Source: Leucoraja erinacea (lineage: Eukaryota). From it: DNA of 64,000 nucleotides. The notes beneath the pieces are model-generated. The model did not search any database, had not been told where the DNA came from, and saw only the letters and a program-made list of their open reading frames with translations. Each line of letters opens with the position of its first letter. The stretch's first letter is position 1. Shown here piece after piece: positions 12,686 to 26,400 of the stretch. Location: assembly GCF_028641065.1 (NCBI RefSeq), contig NC_073406.1:6324001-6388000 (forward strand), written 5' to 3'. The translations under genes and the position numbers were made by a program.

Positions 12686-14279
12686 CCATTCAAAAGGATA
12701 TGGGAAAGGATATAGCAATGGAAAGGTGGCACAGAGGCAAGGGAGGCAGAGAGCTACTCCCTTCCTCTCCTGCCTTGCATCTCCCGCCTCCCCCTTGGCT
12801 GCCCCACTTGTTCTTCACTTTGTCTTCATCCTCCTCGCTGCCTCCTTCGATCACACCCCTTTCACTGGTCGGCTTTTACCTGTTTCAATTCCGAAAGCTT
12901 TGAATGCTGCCATTGCCTCTGTATCTTGCGATTGGTACATTTTGGATGTATTATCCACCCACAAACTTCGTATCATGGATGCTTTGGGGTTTGAGTTCTG
13001 TTTCCCTATTGGTTAGCGATGCTGCACCAGTCTCTTGTGCTGTCTCTGCTTCTGTGTCCAGGACTCCGCTGCCTCCAAGATTACTTGCTGCACTGCCGTG
13101 GCATAACGCAGGAGGGAAGGAAGGCAGAGAGATTAGGGAAAGGCAGCATGAAGGAGGAGGCGGGGTAGACCAAAGCTTCCACCCCAGGATCAGGATGCAG
13201 GAAACGGCATAGACGGAGGTAATTACAGTCCTTGTCAAGCTGAGCTTTTGTACGCAGGCTGCTGTAAAAGATGAGCAGCCGGTGCTACCTACCAGGGGCT
13301 GATGAGGATGCTGCACAGTGCAGTGCAGCTCGCCTCCCAGTCACATGCCGAGAGTACTGAGAGCGAAGGATGATGGAGGCTAGTGATGGGCCGGATTTTT
13401 TGTTGATTTTTGGCAATTTGCGGACGCTTTTGATTAAGAGCAAATAAACGATAAGCTTGAAACAAAGGTCCTGAGTAGCAGGCAGGAGCAATCGGAGAGG
13501 AATTCAGGGGCGATAGAAAAGACGGGAAGTGATTAGATCAAGGTGTGAATTGCTGCTGTTTTTGAATGCGCAATAAGAAATGGCATCAATTATTACAGGA
13601 AGGGCTTAAATGTCATTCTATTGTGAACTCTCAGCAGCGGCATATATTTGGAAGACACCGTGTGTGGTCATGCAGCAGTGTGGCTGGGGGAGAACTGCTA
13701 CATCACGGGCCCACCCGCTTCACTCGGCTGCCTCCAGTATCCTTCACACACAAATCTAATCACCATGTGTCAGACCCAGGGCAGTCAGCTGTGGAAAGCT
13801 GTTAATATTTCAATCCTAAAACTAAAGCACCATGTCACCGGAATCCCGTATAGGCCGCACATATGGTTAAAGAGAGAACATTTTGGACAAAATTCCAAGC
13901 AGCCAATGCTTCAGGGCGAAGACCCGTCGTCATTCAAAGCATGTATCCATCATAACTAGCACAATCTCCTCAATATTATGTTATTCCATCGTGCGTGCTG
14001 GTTTGAATGAAGGTGTACATTTCTGATGATGGACAAGATTGGATATTTAACAAAAAGGTATAGCCGACAGTGTAGGAGGAGTGTGCTGCAAGGAATGTTG
14101 GTTTACACCGACGATAGGCACAAAATGCTGGAGTAACTCAGCGGGTCAGGCAGGAGAAGGAAGGGTGGGTGAATGGGAGGAGTATGTGTGAATGAGAGGA
14201 TTGCCTGGACATTGGACACTAGACATTTTTGGTACACTAGACATTTTTGGTGCACTAGACGGGTGCTGCTTATAGAGTT

Positions 14280-14437
14280 AACACAAAAACCGTGAAACTG
14301 GCATATCCTTACGTAAATATAATATTATTGTGATATACACTCCCATCGTTGTGATTTAAATCCCGGCCTACATGTTTCTTGAGCCGCTTGATGTCAGGAC
14401 GGGAGGCAAACAGCGGCCTGCAGGTGGCGACTCTCGG
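14280..14437 (+). promoter_or_regulatory. Putative slc45a1 promoter and non-coding first exon
   Basis: Locally CpG-rich non-repeat segment ending in donor CGG|gtaagc (GT at 14438). The ATG exon at 17056 has an acceptor, so an upstream exon is required. Confidence 0.45.
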
Positions 14438-14789
14438 GTAAGCGCTCTTTAAGAGATCTCTCCATGGTATGGCGAAAAACGGGAGAAGGAAACTGCATCT
14501 GGATCTCCAGTGCAAACCGCTTCCCCCAACAGTAATGCCGCTATCACCTCGAGTTCACCACAATTTCGACTTTACAGAGGGCATCTGGCACCAATTCTTT
14601 ATACGCACTAAATCATGGAAGAAATGTTTGAATAAGGTGGCACTTTACACCATTAATGCTTTGCTACTTTTTGTGGGACATTTTAAGTAATTCATGAAGA
14701 TTGTGGGTTATAATATTTTCATCCAATCATTAAATATTTAGAAGCTGTGAGAGATTATGATGTTCATCACATGGGGAAAACATGCCCAG

Positions 14790-15900
14790 TTTTAGGTGTG
14801 AGGGTGTCCCTGGCAAGCATATGTTACCCATAGATAATGGTCCTTAAAAGATGGGGAACCCCTTTCTTAACGAGGCAATTCATCTAGGGAAGCAAGGATG
14901 TTGCATATTGTGTTTTTTGTGACTTTTGGTTTGGAGAACAATGGGAGTGGAATTCCAAGATTTCAATCTACTGACCATGAAGGAGCAGTAATATGTGTCT
15001 GGGGGAATTTTAAGATGGTATATCAAAAGTAGTTGACTGGGCCCTCTTGTTTGGAGATGATATGGCATGTGAATGTTACGTGGCAGCTGATGCCTGAACA
15101 TTATCTGGACTTTACTCCATGCAGGTGTGGGCTGAGAGGTTGTGAATAGAATTGAGCACCGTGCAATCCATCAGTGAACACCCCACTTTTGACTCATGAA
15201 AGAAAGAAGGAATGTAATTTTTGAAGCAACTGAAGGTGGGTGAGTCTAGGACCCCAATTGAACTCCTGCAGAGATGACCTGATCATGGGGTGACTACAAC
15301 CATCTTCCTCTGTACAAGATCAGGCTGCAACTCTTGACATCCATAGATTTCAGCTTTACTGGGGCTCCTTGAAGCTGCACTCGAGTAAGTGCTATCCTGA
15401 TGTCAGGAGCAACCACTCTAACCTCAACCGTGGCATTCAGCTCTGTTGTCCATATTTGGAAGAAGGCTGTAATAAGATTTAAAGCACAGTGGCAAAACGC
15501 AAACAGTTATTGATGAGTGTTCATAGAGAGTAAGTGCTGAGTGTTAGCACTATCAATGATTTGATCATTTTTATGATAATTGAGTATGGACTGTTTGAAC
15601 ATAATTTGCCAGAATAGATTTTCCTACTCTCTGTGAAAAGAACATAGATAGGCATTTTTCCACATTGTTGGGTAAAAGACAGCCGTACTGGTATGGGAAC
15701 AGCTTGGATATAGGTGCAGCTAATTCTGGAGTGCAAATCTTTGTTACAACTTCTTTGATGTATCTGGCCCCATTGGGTTCACTGTGTCCAATGCATGCAG
15801 AAATGTTTTTGACAGCATCAAAATGTCTGAAGTCTGGCCTCTGTGATGGTGGGATCTTACAAGGATGCTGAGATGAATTGTCCATTCAACATTTCCTGCT
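14790..15900 (-). mobile_element. Old CR1/L2-like LINE fragments
   Basis: Degenerate KICTPELAAPISKLF-like RT-upstream motif; many stops. Confidence 0.4.
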
Positions 15901-17093
15901 GATTGTGGTTACAAATTCTTGGGTCTTGGAATGGTTGGAGACATTTCAAAATGTGCCAGCTTTGCTTTTTTATGCAATGTACACGTATAAACGTGCACAT
16001 CTATCCAATTTCTTGGCTTGTGTTTGTGTGTGCGTGTAAGAGGAATTGAGTGTGAGATATATAAGTGAGTCAGGGTGTAAGGGGAGCTTTCAAATTACCT
16101 GTGACAGGGAGTGAAGCCAGAGAGCAATTTGGTTTCTTTATTCAGCAAACACAAAGTGCTGGCAGAACTAAGCCGGTCAAGCAGAGACGTTGCCTGACCC
16201 TCTATATTTCTCCATACTTTGTATTTTGCTCAAGATTGCAGCACTTGAAGTTTCTTGTGTCTCTTGGTCTCTTTATTTATTTTCTCCACTGCCCCTCCAC
16301 ACCAAAGATCCTATAGCAGATCTTTGCTCCACACTACCCCAATGATTCCACTCCTCTCACTGCTTCTCCCATATACTCTGCATGCTCATCCTGTAACCCC
16401 AAACAATTTCTATTGTGTTCTTTCTCTCTTCACTGCACCTTTTCTCCCATCTTTCATCCACTAGTTACAAACATCTTTGAATCAGTACATGGCCACTGGT
16501 GATCAGGGCTTTGATATGGTGCAATATTCTTGAGGTTCAGCTCCTTATTCATATCTAATGGCAATGGAAGGACGCATACTTTATAGCACAAATGGGTTGA
16601 TGTAAATGGTTACAGTGCAGCTGTGCTTCCTTCATTCTATTTCATCTCACAGTTTCTCTCAACTTTTTGTTACTTTCTCTCTAATAATTTTTCCATTCGC
16701 TCCTTGAATGCATCTACACAATTCACCTGAGCAACCCTTAGTTCTAGTAGGTTTCACATTTTAATTGTAGCTTAAAGAATTTTCTATTGGATTTATTAAC
16801 TGTCGGGGGTGAACATTGCTTTACGAAAACATCTTTTCTACATCTGCCATAACAAACCTTTCTTAATTTTAAACTGTGGTTCTATTGGTAAGTTCATGGG
16901 GAGATGGGGAAAGAAAATTCTCTGAAACATGTAAATTTAGGCAGGATTGTTGCAAACTATGTGGAAACTGTAATGATGGTGAGGCATGGGTTGGTAATTG
17001 TTCTTTACGATTGGATTGCATGTAAATAACCCAGTCTTTGGTCTTTCCTATACAGGACGAAATCAATCAGAGGAAAGTGACCAAGGCAGCACC

Positions 17094-17487
17094 ATGAGCT
17101 CCCCAAATCCAACCACCCCCAGCGATGCCCTCTTCCCAAACCCGACTTCTCAGGAAAACCGGTGTCCCTCAAGCTGCACCTTCCCCCATTCCACTGCCCA
17201 ACACATCAGTCACCGGGCGAACAATTACAAGCGTCATCCCAAGAGAAGAAAGTTCATCAGGCCTTCCCCCCCTCCCCCTCCCAATACACCAATTCCCATT
17301 GAGCTCCTTGATTTCAGTGAAATTCCGCTGCGACACTCCTTCTGGAAATTGCTTTTCAACGGATGCATTCTCTTTGGGATTGAATTCAGCTATGCAATGG
17401 AGACAGCTTATGTCACCCCTGTCCTCCTCCAGATGGGTCTACCAGATGAACTATATGGCATGGTTTGGTTCATCAGTCCCATATTAG
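17094..17487 (+). CDS. slc45a1: SLC45A1-like coding exon 1 (exon starts 17056, ATG 17094)
   Basis: Acceptor ctttcctatacag|17056, accATG, MSSPNP...WFISPILG, donor G|gtacag. Confidence 0.9.
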
Positions 17488-20400
17488 GTACAGTAATTCC
17501 ACTTTATATATTCAGAATGTACCATATTTAGCTCTACATGGAGGGTCCAGCCCAGCTATTGTATTGGCCATAGAATGAGGAATATGTGATTCTTGCAGTT
17601 CTGGACATGTATATAGAAGAACAACTTGTGACTGAACAAGACTTGCATTTTATAACATCAGGAAGTCCCAAAACAGTTTATGAAATAATTTTAAAATGTT
17701 GTAAATGACCATAAATAAATATTTAATTGGAACAAATCAGACTCGTCATATGGTCATAAGGAGGAGCCAGAGGTCCATGCATTCTCTCTCACATTTTGAA
17801 TTCTTCATCTCCTTTTCCAGATTTGTTCAAGTTTCTGTTGTTTCCACAAAAACAGGCTACTCAGCCCAACTGGCCAAAGCCAGTGTTTATGCTCTGCATC
17901 AGTTTCCTCCCATCTTGATTCATCCCATCCTATCGGCATATGCTTTAGTTACTTTTTTCCCCTTATATTTGTCTTGCTTCTCCTTAAATGCCTCATTCTG
18001 TATAGCTGTGACAGAAGAAGAGCATTCCCAGTAGAGAGACAAATGGTTGAGGACTTTTACTGCTTTTATAAATGCTGGAATATCTCCTCCTCCATCTTTG
18101 ATCAATAGGTAATGTCTGACATATAACATGCAAGTGTGATTGAGGCAGTGCAGCGTAGGTTCACAAGATTGATCCCTGGGATGGTGGGAATGTCATATGA
18201 GGAAAGATTGAAAAGACTAGACTTGTATTCACTGGAGTTTAGAAGGATGAGGGGATATCTTATAGAAACATATAAAATTATAAAAGGACTGGACAAGCTA
18301 GATACATGAAAAATGTTCCCAATGTTGGGCGAGTCCAGAACCATGGGGTCACTGTCTTAGAATAAAGGGGAGGCCATTTAAGACTGAGGTGAGAAAAAAC
18401 CTTTTCACCCAGAAAGTTGTGAACTTGTGGAATTCCCTGCTACAGAGGGCAGTGGAGGCCAAATCACTGGATGGATTTAAGAGCTCTAGGGGCTAGTGGA
18501 ATCAAGGGATATGGGGAGAAGGCAGGCACGGATTATTGATTGGGGATGATCAGCCATGATCACAATGAATGGCGGTGCTGGCTCGAAGGGTCGAATGGCC
18601 TCCTCCTGCACCTATTTTCTATGTTTTTATGAGATACTCAAATACTCGTGTTGTCCATTACTAGTGACAGATTTTTTTCTTCACTGTCTAGTTCCTGACT
18701 GAATCCTTCTCCTCTTGGAACCATTTCAAACTACCCAATTATCAGGGCAGGAATTCTCCTGAGAACGGCAATCCCATATTAATGTGATAGCTGGATATAG
18801 TTCATTGAGCAACTGGAGCCAAACACTGTGAGCACTAAAGAGAAAGGGCGAGATTGCCCATTTAGAATGGGGATAATTTACATGAACTAATCAACCAGCT
18901 AATCTTTTAGATGTGGGGGAGAAACTAGAGTTCTCGGAGGAAATCCATACAGTCACACTGAGAGCACCCAATGGCAGGATCACACCTAGGTCACTGTAGC
19001 TGTGTGGCAGTATCGCCATACTGTTAGAGGTATCTTGTGGGAGCACGGTCAACATTGCCACACAATGGCAAACCTGTTCAGGTTCAAGCGTGTTATGTTC
19101 ATTTAGGGAAGAAGATTCAGTGTTACAATGCTGTAGGGAGATGTTGCAGGGTCGGGCTGCTTTACGTTCATGTTCAGGTGATTCACTATTATCATATTGT
19201 GGGATAACTGTGGAGAAGGTCTCAATTCTCGTTATTTGTGGTTGCAGGTTTCCTAGTTCAACCAGTATTGGGAGCCTGGAGCGATGGTTGCTCATCTCGC
19301 TTTGGCCGTCGTAGGCCCTTCATACTTGTGCTGGCAATTGGTGAGTTATAGTTTGATGTTAACTCTGAAGAAAATTTCAGCCTCAAGGGAAAGTTGACAG
19401 AATTGAACTGGGTTTCGAAAATATAGTGCATGATTGATTCCATGAAATGCAAGGTTTAAGTCCCGGCGACACTCGTCAAATAGAGTAACTATTCAGAGAG
19501 TGGATGTTCATTGAAGGCTTTCTCATTCATGCGAAAATTACATTATGGAATGAATAATTCAGGAAAGTTTATACAGAGAATAAGGTCATTCTGTGTGTAT
19601 TTTGGAGAGGGAAGACCCAAGCATTTGAAGAGTAGATGGATAGGTTAGTTGGATGTATATGGAGAATAAATGGGTGAGTAACATGGAGGGGAAGGGAAAA
19701 AATACACAACGTGCTAACTCAGCACTCAGGTAGCATCTCTGGAGAACATAGAGAGGTGACGTTTCAGGCAGGACCCTTTTTCCAGGTAGAGGATGAAGCA
19801 GGTTGATGAAGTGAAAGATATGGGAAGGTATGCATCAGTGGGTTTGCGGAATACGAAGAGAAGGTGGGTCAATGGGGAATATGGTTCACATTGCTTTCCA
19901 CGTTTGATTATTGCATTGAATTTTAATGTCCTACTTGACTAAGCAGGACCCATTGGGTCCCTGTCACACGGGAGGCCTGGTCCCCCAACGCAACCCGTTC
20001 CCCAACGCAATATTCCACCACTCACCCGTTCCCCAAACACATTGCGTTCCCCCAACGCAATATTCCACCACTCACCCAGAGCCCCCAACAGCGCAGGCGC
20101 GGCTCATTTCCCCTCATCCCCCGGCACTCCCTCCCCCTCCTCTTCATCTTCCCTCTTCTTTTTCCTCTCCTCCTCCCCATCCCAATCCCTCCCTCACCTC
20201 TCCCTCCCTCTCCTTTCCCCTATCCTCAGTCACTCCCTCCCTTCCTCCATAACTCCTCTCCCCTCCCTGCAGCAAGGGGCACCACCGTCCCAGCCGTGGC
20301 GGTGACTGACAGGAGAGGAGACCAATCTGCGCATGCGCGGTTTTTAAGATTTTTAAACCGTAATAACTTTTAAAGTATACTATAGATCGGAACAAAACTT

Positions 20401-23400
20401 GTTGCACTTGCAGCACAGGAGAATGGTGAGTCAGGTGGCGAAAAATCGTAGTGGTTTTGTGTACCGATTTTGTGCAAATAGAAAAACCACATGCATGCCG
20501 ATGGTTTACTAAATTAAAGTTCTTGATATTTATTGGTTAAGGCTGCACTGATATTAAGCCCTCTTGATTGGGCACTCATGGGTGTCATCAGCCATGTTTT
20601 AAGATATTCTTCAACTCTGGGAAGCCAGCTTGTTAGTCTGTTTTGAGATTTAAGAGGACATCTGTCTCAGAATATTGTACACACCCTGTGCAGATGTCTT
20701 CTTTGTTACAAACCAGCATAGAAGTCATTGCAGTGAATAAGCATGAGACGATCACTGAATGCCTTGACTATAACATTCCACCTTGCAGCATTGTGAGGTC
20801 AAAGGATCCCTAAATCCTAAAGCTTGCTCATTTTGACTGACATCACTATAAATTGATATAGCCAGATTACCTGCCTCATGCATTTATGTACAGGTGCACA
20901 ACCTTTTATCCGGTGTTCCAGAAACCGAAAAGCTCCGAAAACCGGCCATTTTTTCCAGATGTCGTCTGCGCACCAAAGCTCGCGTTTGGCGCCAAACTTG
21001 ACCCAAAACGACCCACGGTCAACCCAGGTCTGTACTACTGTAGCGGCTGCCTCCTCCCTGGAGACCGGGAGACGCTTAAACATCTGTAAATCATTGCTTA
21101 AATGTTAGTCAGTTAGTTTGGAGGGCTTTTATGTGAAGGGGGGTGAAGGGGTAAACTTTAATTCTTAGTCCCCTACCTGGTCGGAGAGGCGGGGAGCGGT
21201 CAATGCCTTACCGGGTCGCCGTGCAGTAAGCTCCGCAGCGCTGTGGCCGTTGGGGCTGCGGGCGGCGCCAGTTGTAGCTCCGACCCCGGCAACTCTACCC
21301 CTGGCTGCGAGGCGCTCCAAATCCAGCGCGGCCCGCGGCCGGACGCCCCAGCTCCGCAAATGTCGGGAGTCGGCAGCGTCGCAGCGCTGGGAAACCAGCG
21401 GGGAGCGGGCAATGCCTTACCGGGTCGCCGTGCGGCAAGCTCCGGAGCGCTGTGGCCGCCGACACACAACATCGCGGAGCGTCGCTGGATTTGGAGCCGC
21501 GCAGCCAGGGGTAGAGTTGCCGGGGTTGGAGCTCCAACCGGCGCCGCCCGCGGCCGGACGGAGCCCCCAACTCCACGGCTCCAAATCCAGCGACATTCCC
21601 GGAGCTGGGACGTCCGACCACGGGCGGCGCTGGATTTGGAGCGCCTCGCAGCCAGGGGTAGAGTTGCCGGGGTCGGAGCTCCAACCGGCGCCGCCCGCGG
21701 CCGGACGGAGCCCCCAGCTCCGCGAGGTTGGGAGTCGCCGACCAGGTAGGGGACTAAGAATTAAAGTTTCCCCCTTCACCCCGACTCCACCACCACCACA
21801 TAAAATCCCTCCAAACTAACTGACTAACATTTATGCAATGAGTCTCCCGGTCACCCGGGAGGAGGCAGCAGCTCCAGACTTTTCAAGCCGCCCGCGCTAC
21901 CTACCTAATCTACGCTAAAAATCTTCCATTCTGAAATCCGAAAATGTCCGAAATCCGACAAGTGTCTGGTCCCAAGGCTTTCGGATAAAAGGTTGTGCAC
22001 CTGTATTACCAATTGTGTGATGCTGCAAACATTTCTGGCAGAGGCCTGGAATGAGGCAAAATGGTTGAGAACAATAGCTATTTTGGTAGCCATTGATAAA
22101 GCCTGGCCTCCATATCCAACAGGATGGAAATCCTGTACAGCAGGCTGCCAAAAGCTATTAATCCAGTGCCGGTCACCTCCTAAGCTTCTCTGAGCTGGAT
22201 TTCATTGCTGACTCCTTTTCACTGTGGGTTGCAAGGTGCTGACGGTACTGTTCCCGAGACTCTTCTAAACTCTACTGTATTGCAGGATACTGGTGACGAT
22301 GCTGGTTAGAGCTGCAAAACCTATTTATCAGGGTGGCCCCTCCAGCGCTCAGAAAAGTTACACTTTGACAACGCAATGATTCCCTGTTCAACTTCTGTGA
22401 AGAAAGTCTTCCATAGAGTTACTTGAAAAAGGAGCTGTGAGCTCGGAATCGATGACAGGTTTTGGTTATCATCTGTTTGGCTCCTACCCAATGTTCTCAC
22501 CTTTGTTTCACTGGGAAGTTCTGAGAAGCTCAGGCAACCCATATGCACTGGGCTGAAACCCCCAGAGCCTACAATTTTGCTCTTAATGAACAATTGCCTT
22601 ATTGAAATAGCTAAATAGCCTCTCCTCAAAGGTTGCACATGTGGCTTAGATTAAAAATGCAAGTTGGGAGTCAAGTTTCCAATGTGGTGTGCATTTGCAA
22701 ATTGAAACTGGCTCACTTCCTTTCAATGTGGGTTTGATCTTCTTACTGTGTTGCTTTGTTCCAGGTGCACTGATTGGCCTCTCACTGCTGCTTAATGGCA
22801 GGGACATGGGTCTTGCTGTTGCTGACACAGTCACTAATCATAAATGGGGCATCATCCTGACCATCTGTGGTGTTGTGCTGATGGACTTCAGTGCTGATTC
22901 AGCAGACAACCCCACCCACGCCTATATGATGGACGTCTGCTGTCCAGAGGATCAGGACCGGGGCCTGAATATTCATGCACTCCTGGCAGGTTTGTCTCCA
23001 TTCAACAACATTTCATCACTGATTTATGACCCTAATGAATTAGTCAGATACGGGGTCTGGTTAGAACATATCCTAGCATGACATTTTCTTTCCTGCATTA
23101 TAAATGAACACTAACCTTTCCCTTCCCTCTACCCAGTTGTGTATGATTGTTCCACATCCACTCACAATGAAATGAGATTTGCTAGTTTGCTGCATAATGC
23201 TTCTCTTTTAAATCCATCTAGGTCTGGGAGGCGGGTTCGGTTACGTCATTGGTGGGATCAAATGGGATCAGACCAATTTTGGAAGAGCTTTAGGAGGTCA
23301 GCTCCGGGTTGTCTACATTTTCACAGCAATAACACTGTCTGTCACTACTCTTCTGACGCTGACAAGTATCCCAGAGAAGCGACTGAACGCACAGGGCAAA

Positions 23401-26400
23401 CGGAAAAAAGTGATGAAGAGCCCAAGCCTTGCGCTACCTCCCTCTCCACCAATGGTACTTGATGACGACAGAGGCCAGACTACTGGCCAGAGTGTCACGC
23501 GAATCTACAACGGTATGACCAGTCCCATTTCCCCACTGAGCCCTCTCACCCCCAAGTATGGGAGTTTTATGAGCCGTGACAGCTCTCTGACCGGGATTAA
23601 CGAGTTTGCCTCATCCTATGGAACTTCCTATATTGACACGGTCCTGATTGACTGCTACACAGGAGCCAATGACCAATACCTCAGCATGCCCAGACACACC
23701 CTCAGCTCCAGTCTCCCCCAGATTCCTGACGAAACTGAAAATGAGGAAATGGGAACTTCGATGGTTGTTGAGAATCCCGAGAACCTGCAGGTTGATATCA
23801 CAAGGAATTCAGCATCAGGAATTCTCAAAAGGCCGGAGACCTTGAGTATTCCGAACAGTTACCTGGCAAATGGCGGTGACAGTAGTCGGAGACGGACAGT
23901 GACCTTCAGTCAACAGGTACAGATACATCAAAGGAGCATACAGTTCGGTGAGGCATGGGGCGGGGTTGTGGGGGATGGAGTAAGCCTTTGGGAGGTGGAG
24001 GGCACTCAGCATTTGGAGGGCGATTGGCAAAGAGAGCGGCCGAACAGTGCGACGAGGGGGCAGAGTTGGTTAGGAATTGTGTGTTCAGGACCAATAAACA
24101 CAGATCATTGGTCAGTTTGAGTATTATAAAAACCCAACTGGTTTTCGAATGATGTGGCCACTTAAGTGGGTCAGTTAGGCCCCTACCCTCCCACCCTTTC
24201 TCCACAGAATACCTTCCTCTGGTCTCCATAGGTTCAGACTTTACCTGGTCAAGTCATTCCAGAAACACACAAAAACTGGACCCAGCTTCCATCCAGTAAT
24301 GTTGAGCATTTTGAAGACATAATCAATTTCCCTCAGGAGAGTTGTCAGTCCCATTGGGAATCTCACCAGCACATTATCAATGTAATGTACAACATGCCCG
24401 GCTGAAAAACCTAGTAACCAATTGCAGTTACGCACAGCACTTTTGGATACAGGTACAACATGTTAGATTTGAAAAGCAGGATGACTCGCCCCCTAAAATT
24501 TGTGAATCCCTTGACCTGTTTTTGAGAGCGCCTTAGAAGGCACAGCCATCGTTTCCTAATGTTTAGGGATAAAACTATTCCTGGATCTGAGAGTTGATAA
24601 TCACCCCACCGGAATGACTGGACTCTCATTATTTCAGATGCTGAACTCGGGATTATTCACGTTACAGTGTTCCAGTGCCACCGTATGATAGAATAAATCT
24701 GGTTTTAACACCCTGACCATGAATTCTGTTTGGTCCCGATCTTCACAATCCCTTTGCAGATTTTGGATGTTGCATGACTGGTTAATGTTGCAGGTTTGTT
24801 ATTCTCAGTACATTCATAGCCTTGGGAGTTCACAAGTTCATTAATGATAGGAGCAAAATTAGCCCATTTGGCCCAATAATACTCCGCCAGTCAATCATGG
24901 CCAATCTATCTTTCCCTATTAACCCAATTCCTGCCTTCTCCCCATAATCCCTGACACTCATACTAATCAAGAATCTGTCTGCCTTAAAAATATCCATTGA
25001 TTTGGCCTCCACAGCTTCCTGTGGCAATGAATTCCACAGATTCACCTCCCTCTGACTAAAGAGATTCCTCCTCATCTCCATCCTAAAGGAACATCCTTTA
25101 ATTATGAGGCTATGTTCTCTGATCCTAAATTCTCCCACTATTGGAAACATCCTCTCCACATCCACTCTATCCAGGCCCTTAATTATTCGGTAAACTTCAA
25201 TAAGGTCCATCCTAAACTCCAGCGAGTATAGGCCCAGTGCCTTCAAACGTTCATCATACTCATTGCTGGGATCAGTTCACATCACCCTGGTACAGTACGG
25301 GATCAGTTAGTGTTAAGTCCAACCCATGGAAAATGTTTTGACTTAAAACGTTGACCATCTCCACTATCCATTGGCTTCTTCAGGGGATTATTCATCAACA
25401 GATGAGATGACCCTGATAGTTCTGTTTTTGTCCGGGCTTTGAAACAGGCTAAAATGTTTAACAGATTTAACAATATTCTCAGGAGTGAGCTGGTGCCTCT
25501 TAGGCACTGATGCATTATAGCAATTTATGATCCCCAGAGAATCATATACATGATTCAAGAGCTGTATTACACAAAAGCTTGGCAAATTATTGTTTTTTTT
25601 TGTTATGGTGCCAAACCTAAAAGCTGCCAGTGTTTAATAAGACATTGGGTTATGAAAAAAGCACCTAAATCGGTGTAGAGATGTCTATGACTTTTGGATA
25701 GTTGTGATATATTTGAAGTTCAGAAGTAATTGTTGCACATGAATAATGCAATGTTTGTCACCATTGCATTGTTTGAAGTTTCAATCCCAGGGTCCACAAG
25801 TTGAAATGGGAAATGGATAAGAGATACATGGAGAATTGGAGGCAAGTATTGATGAGACAGACTAAGGGGAGAATAATGCCCGTCCCACTTAGGAAACCTG
25901 AACGGAAACCTCTGGAGACTTTGCGCCCCACCCAAGGTTTCCGTGCGATTCCCGGAGGTTGCAGGTAGTGGAAGTTCATTATGGGTAACTTCATTGGGAT
26001 ATGATTTCAAATTGGTAATAAAAGTCAAATTAAAGTAACATTTTTATACAAAAGATATTGGAGCTGTGGTCAAGAGTGAAGCACATTGAGACATTGTATA
26101 AATAGGATCAGGAGATAATTATTATATGTCCGGAGGAAGAAGTAACCTATATCCTGATAGAGTATGCAGAACTGTTGAAGGGTACATTGGGAACCCCAGT
26201 GAATGTTGGCATCTTCAGGGGTGGAGGCAGGGAGGAAGCCATAAAGATGCAGAGATACAGGATGAGCTGATAAATTTAGATTGCAGTGACTGATTTTATC
26301 TTGTTACAGGTTGCAAACATCTTGCTGAATGGAGTGAAATACGAGACTGACTTGAATAGCGCAGAAGAATTATCTGAGAGGCCGCTCTCCACATCTGTCT

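Noticed and set aside
14213-14262. Repeated cactagacatttttggt units as a CRISPR-like array
   Set aside because: About 2.5 adjacent tandem copies without unique spacers, in eukaryotic DNA.
21165-21819. Stack of six-frame ORFs
   Set aside because: GC-rich internal repeats of a non-autonomous MITE; no transposase motif.
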